Source: Candidatus Annandia pinicola (GTDB lineage: Bacteria; Pseudomonadota; Gammaproteobacteria; Enterobacterales; Enterobacteriaceae_A). From it: DNA of 32,000 nt. Numbering within the stretch: position 1 is the stretch's first letter; each line of letters begins with the position of its first letter. Location: positions 240,001 through 272,000 of the forward strand of contig NZ_CP045876.1 in the NCBI RefSeq assembly GCF_020541245.1, in the 5' to 3' direction. Both the position numbers and the translations under genes were made by a program. Below are positions 27,959-32,000 of this stretch, piece after piece. Below the pieces are notes generated by a model. The model had not been told where the DNA came from. It worked only from the letters and a program-made list of their open reading frames with translations, and ran no database searches.

Positions 27959-29611
27959 TTAATATTCTATCATATCTGTATTACTTACACCAGGTGGTAC
28001 TAAAGGCCATACATTATCATATTTATCAATTGATACATGTAGTAAGTAAGATTTTTTAGTTTTAAAAAATATTTTTAATGATTTTTTTATTTCTTTAGTT
28101 TTACTAATATTTTTACCTTCAATATTAAATGAGTCGGCTAATTTTATAAAATCGGGATTATCATCAAGATTAGTTTCACTATATCTACTAAAAAAAAATA
28201 ATTCTTGCCATTGTCTAACCATTCCTAATCTTCTATTATCTAATAATAAAATTTTAATTGGTAAATTATATCTTTTTATAGTATTTAATTCTTGTATATT
28301 CATTATAAATGAACCATCTCCAGTTATACAAATTACTGTTTTTTTAGGTTTAGCAATTTGTGCTCCAATTGCTGATGGTATACCAAACCCCATACTGCCT
28401 AAACCACTAGAAGAAATAAATTCTTTATTATAATAGAATTCTATATGTTGAGCTACCCACATTTGATGTTGACCAACATCTGTAGTAATAATTGTATTTT
28501 TAGGTTTAATTTCTGATAATTTTTTTAATAAATAAGGAGCCCATATTTTTTTTAAATTATTTTTATAGTTATAACCATATCTTTTTTTAAGTAAAATTAT
28601 TTTATTTTGCCATTTACTAATATTAATTTTTATTGTTAACATGGGTAATATATTATTTAAATCACCACATAAATATAAATTAGCATTACGAACCTTGTTA
28701 ATTTCAGAAAAATCAATATCTAAATGAATAACATTAGCTAAATTAGCAAAATTTTTTAAATTTCCAGTTACTCTGTCATCAAATCTAGATCCAATTGCTA
28801 TTAATAAATCACATTCTTGTACTGCTAAATTAGCAGATTGATTACCATGCATTCCAATCATACCAAGATAATATTTACTATGATATGAGTTTATTACACC
28901 TATTCCTTTTAAAGTTACTACTGTAGGAATACCTGTAATTTTTATAAATTTTTTAAATGAATTAATTGCTTTAGCTATACCTATACCACCACCTGCATAT
29001 ATAATAGGTTTTTTTGATTTTTTTATTAAAAAAATTATTTTTTTTAAAATTTTTTTATTATAAAAAAAATTTTTTTTATTTTTTTTTTTTTTTTTTTTAA
29101 TATTTTTAATATTAATTTTACTTAATTGTATATCCTTAGGTATATCTATTAATATTGGACCTGGTCTACCTATTTTAGATATTTCAAATGATTTATTAAT
29201 AATTAATGACATTTTATCAATTGAATTTATTAAAAAACTATGTTTAGTACAAGATAAAGAAAGACTAATCATATCAACTTCTTGAAATGCATCACTACCT
29301 ATTAAATTAGATGAAACTTGACCTGTAATAGCTATTATAGGAACAGAATCTATAAATGCATCAGATAAACCTGTAATAAGATTTGTAGCCCCGGGTCCAG
29401 AAGTAACAATACAAACTCCTATTTTATTGGTAGATCTAGCATATCCAATTGCTGACATAATTACTCCCTGTTCATGTCTGCATAATATATGTTTAATATT
29501 GCTTTTATATATAGCATCATATACAGGCATTATTGCACCTCCAGGATAACCAAACACAACTTCTACACCTAATCTAGATAATTTATGAATAAGATATTGT
29601 GCTCCTATCAT
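27959..29611 (-). CDS. ilvG: Acetolactate synthase II large subunit
   Basis: 550 aa. The N-terminus MIGAQYLIHKLSRLGVEVVFGYPGGAIMPVYDAIY, CRHEQG, the ThDP motif GDGSFIMNIQEL, and the C-terminus LLHVSIDKYDNVWPLVPPGVSNTDMIEY match E. coli IlvG specifically, including its end LLHVSIDELENVWPLVPPGASNSEMLEK. Confidence 0.9.
   Translation of the reverse strand: MIGAQYLIHKLSRLGVEVVFGYPGGAIMPVYDAIYKSNIKHILCRHEQGVIMSAIGYARSTNKIGVCIVTSGPGATNLITGLSDAFIDSVPIIAITGQVSSNLIGSDAFQEVDMISLSLSCTKHSFLINSIDKMSLIINKSFEISKIGRPGPILIDIPKDIQLSKINIKNIKKKKKKNKKNFFYNKKILKKIIFLIKKSKKPIIYAGGGIGIAKAINSFKKFIKITGIPTVVTLKGIGVINSYHSKYYLGMIGMHGNQSANLAVQECDLLIAIGSRFDDRVTGNLKNFANLANVIHLDIDFSEINKVRNANLYLCGDLNNILPMLTIKINISKWQNKIILLKKRYGYNYKNNLKKIWAPYLLKKLSEIKPKNTIITTDVGQHQMWVAQHIEFYYNKEFISSSGLGSMGFGIPSAIGAQIAKPKKTVICITGDGSFIMNIQELNTIKRYNLPIKILLLDNRRLGMVRQWQELFFFSRYSETNLDDNPDFIKLADSFNIEGKNISKTKEIKKSLKIFFKTKKSYLLHVSIDKYDNVWPLVPPGVSNTDMIEY
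29079..29098 (-). repeat. 20-nt homopolymer (T on +, A in ilvG mRNA) encoding KKKKKKN
   Basis: I counted this directly in the sequence: t at 29079-29098, with an a at 29078 separating it from a further run of 8 T at 29070-29077. Confidence 0.95.
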
Positions 29612-29728
29612 ATTTATTTTTATAATTTTTATTCATAGTAATTTTATAATTTATAATATATTTAAAAAAAATATATTATTTTATATAACATATTTTTTTA
29701 AAAATTAAATTATATAAAATTTATAAAA

Positions 29729-29801
29729 CAGGGGTGGAGGGACTCGAACCCACAACTTTCGGTTTTGGAGACCGACGCTCTACCAATTGAACTACACCCC
29801 T
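29729..29801 (-). tRNA. trpT: tRNA-Trp (anticodon CCA), 3' CCA not encoded
   Basis: The reverse complement AGGGGTGTAGTTCAATTGGTAGAGCGTCGGTCTCCAAAACCGAAAGTTGTGGGTTCGAGTCCCTCCACCCCTG has acceptor AGGGGTG/CACCCCT and anticodon loop CTCCAAA. It is E. coli trpT-like. Confidence 0.9.
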
Positions 29802-29955
29802 TTTTATTTATAAAAATAAATTTATATTATTTTTATAATTTTATTAATACTATTTTAATTAATAAATTATAATAATTATTTTATTTTTTTTATAATTATA
29901 ATTAATAAATATTATACATTAATATTTATTTAATTTAAAGTTTTATTTAAATAAA

Positions 29956-30765
29956 TTATATGCATTTTTTTAATATTTTTATTGATAAATCTATTGATGG
30001 CATTTTATTATGCCATAAAAAAAATGAATAAGCTGCTTGAGATACTAACATTCCTAAACCATCATATATATTCATACTTTTTTTAGAACACCATTTTAAA
30101 AATGAAGTTTTATTTTTACTATACATCATATCATAACAAAATGTTTTTGAATTTATAATATTATCTGATAATTTTGGAATTTTATTATTAATACTACATG
30201 ACGTAGCATTAATAATAATATCAAATTTTTTTTTACATAAATTTATATCTTTTATATATTTTATTTTTCCTAAATTTTTAAATTCTTTAGATATATTTTT
30301 TGCTTTTTCTATAGTTCTATTTGTAATTGTAATTTTATTATGATATAATAATAATTGGGGGATTATTCCCCTAGCAGCACCACCTGCTCCTATTATTAAA
30401 ATTTTTTTTTTTGTATAACAACAAAATAATCTTTTTAAATCATTAATAAAACCTATACCATCAGTATTATCTCCTAATAAATATTTATTTTTAAACCTAG
30501 TTATAACATTAACTGATTTAGATAAAATAGCTCTTTTTGTTAATAAATCACATAAATGTAATGCTTTTTTTTTAAATGGTAATGTTATATTAGCTCCGTA
30601 ACCTCCAGAATAAAAAAAATTTTTTGAAACAGTAAAAAAATTTTTTTTTGGTATATTTACTTTAGTATAAGAATATATTATATTAGTATTATTAGAAAAT
30701 ATTTTATTTATTATAGGAGATTTACTATGATAAACAGGATTTCCAAACAAAGCAATTTTTTTCAT
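29956..30765 (-). CDS. aroE: Shikimate dehydrogenase
   Basis: 269 aa. FGNPVYHSKSPIINKIF, GANITLPFKKKA, LGDNTDGIGF, IIGAGGAARGI and GLGMLVSQAAYSFFLWH are collinear with E. coli AroE. Confidence 0.93.
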   Translation of the reverse strand: MKKIALFGNPVYHSKSPIINKIFSNNTNIIYSYTKVNIPKKNFFTVSKNFFYSGGYGANITLPFKKKALHLCDLLTKRAILSKSVNVITRFKNKYLLGDNTDGIGFINDLKRLFCCYTKKKILIIGAGGAARGIIPQLLLYHNKITITNRTIEKAKNISKEFKNLGKIKYIKDINLCKKKFDIIINATSCSINNKIPKLSDNIINSKTFCYDMMYSKNKTSFLKWCSKKSMNIYDGLGMLVSQAAYSFFLWHNKMPSIDLSIKILKKCI

Positions 30766-30910
30766 GTTATTTTAATTTCATTTTATTATTTATTTATTTA
30801 ATTTTTATATAAATAAAAAAAATATAAAAAAATATTTATTTTAATAAAATAAATAATTATTATTTTATATTTTAATTTAATAAAATTTATTTTTTAAATT
30901 AAAAAAAAAT

Positions 30911-31426
30911 ATGTTAATATCAAATTTATTATATTATCCTGATAAAAGATTACGTTTAAATTCTAAAAAAATAAAAATATTTGGTGAAAAAAACAATTAC
31001 TTAATAAAAAATATGTTAAAAATTATGTATGATAATGTAGGAATTGGTTTAGCTGCTAATCAAATAAATGTTCAAAAACAAATTATAGTAATTGATATCT
31101 CGAATGATCATAATAAACCTTTAATATTGATAAATCCTAAATTTATATATAAAAATAATTTATCACATAATCATGAAGGGTGTATTTCTATACCTAATTA
31201 TATGAATTCAATTCCAAGATTTAAAATAATAATAATAGAAGCTTATGATCAATATGGTAAATTATTTAGATTAAAAGCTTCTAATTTATTATCTTTTTGT
31301 ATTCAACATGAAATGGATCATTTAATAGGTAAGTTAATTATTGATTATTTACCATTTTATAAAATAGAAACAATTAAAAATAAATATTTAAAGTTAAAAA
31401 AAAATACTATTATTAGGAGTTTTTAA
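30911..31426 (+). CDS. def: Peptide deformylase
   Basis: 171 aa with all three PDF motifs: GIGLAANQ, EGCIS and QHEMDHL. Confidence 0.95.
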   Translation: MLISNLLYYPDKRLRLNSKKIKIFGEKNNYLIKNMLKIMYDNVGIGLAANQINVQKQIIVIDISNDHNKPLILINPKFIYKNNLSHNHEGCISIPNYMNSIPRFKIIIIEAYDQYGKLFRLKASNLLSFCIQHEMDHLIGKLIIDYLPFYKIETIKNKYLKLKKNTIIRSF

Positions 31427-32000
31427 TTGTTAAAATCATTAAAAATAATTTTTATTGGAACTTCATTTATTGCTGAAAAATATTTAAAATATCTATTTAA
31501 ATTAAAATATAAAATTATTGCTATTATTACTAAATATGATAAATTATTGGATAAAAAAAAAAAATATTCAAAAATTAAAATTTTATCTAAATATTATAAA
31601 ATACCTATTTTACAACCTAAATTTTTATTAGATATATATTATAAAATATTTTTTTTAAAACCAGATATAATTATTATTTCTTCATATGGTAATATTATAC
31701 CTAAAAAAATTTTTAATATTCCAAAATTTGGTTGTATTAATGTACATTTTTCTATTTTACCTAGATGGAGGGGTTCATCACCAATACAACATGCAATATT
31801 GTATGGAGATAAAAAAACAGGTGTTACAATTATAAAAATTAATAAATATTTAGATGAAGGAGATATTATATTTAAAAGTATTTGTATTATTAAAGATAAA
31901 GATAATATTAATAATTTATATAAAAAAATAATTTATATAGGAATTGAAAGTTTAATAATATCTTTAAATTTAATTGTAAAAAAAAAATTTTTATTAGAAA
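31427..32000 (+). CDS. fmt: Methionyl-tRNA formyltransferase, N-terminal part (3' end lies outside the window)
   Basis: This gene is absent from the ORF track because it runs off the window. I translated it by hand and the frame stays open from the TTG at 31427 to 32000. LKIIFIGTSFIAEKYL and FGCINVHFSILPRWRGSSPIQHAILYGDKKTGVTII match E. coli Fmt ([52 protein letters not shown]). AGGAG lies 7 nt upstream, and the start directly abuts the def stop. Confidence 0.88.
   Translation, partial: MLKSLKIIFIGTSFIAEKYLKYLFKLKYKIIAIITKYDKLLDKKKKYSKIKILSKYYKIPILQPKFLLDIYYKIFFLKPDIIIISSYGNIIPKKIFNIPKFGCINVHFSILPRWRGSSPIQHAILYGDKKTGVTIIKINKYLDEGDIIFKSICIIKDKDNINNLYKKIIYIGIESLIISLNLIVKKKFLLE

Noticed and set aside
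29662-29691. A mini-ORF on the minus strand (MLYKIIYFF-stop) upstream of ilvG, considered as a possible ilvL-like attenuation leader.
   Set aside because: Ile, Leu, Phe and Tyr codons are the default in this composition. There is no run of regulatory Ile/Val/Leu codons beyond background, no SD, and no downstream alternative G/C hairpins that could form an attenuator.

Overview
This window is extremely AT-rich (roughly four-fifths A+T by eye), gene-dense and almost free of non-coding DNA. The proteins are recognisably E. coli-like, and several gene neighbourhoods are shrunken versions of E. coli K-12 neighbourhoods. The best reading is a chromosome segment from a reduced-genome, Enterobacterales-derived obligate (probably insect nutritional) endosymbiont. 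I cannot name the species without a database search. The content is core housekeeping plus amino-acid provisioning. On the + strand: dnaE (3' end), tilS, rsmH, secA, aceE-aceF-lpdA, rpsU-dnaG-rpoD, yqhA, one orphan ORF, typA, tRNA-Ile2(CAU), ssb, and def-fmt. On the - strand: proS, gapA, and the run aroE, tRNA-Trp, ilvG-ilvM-ilvD-ilvC, trxA-rho, tRNA-His, tRNA-Pro, dapF. I found no mobile elements, CRISPR arrays, phage genes, toxin or defence loci, or rRNA, and no convincing novel multi-gene system. The noteworthy observations concern single genes and genome architecture. Rho carries a ~95-residue E/K-rich tandem-repeat insertion in its interdomain connector. Sigma-70 has its acidic region 1.1 replaced by a short polylysine tail. 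The whole dcw cluster (ftsL to ftsZ, lpxC, secM) is missing between rsmH and secA. The ilv operon is stripped to ilvGM-D-C. TilS is C-terminally truncated and is paired with an altered tRNA-Ile2. There is one unrecognisable 108-aa ORF. Very long in-frame homopolymer tracts occur inside essential genes. All homology calls rest on my recall of E. coli sequences and motifs, not on searches.
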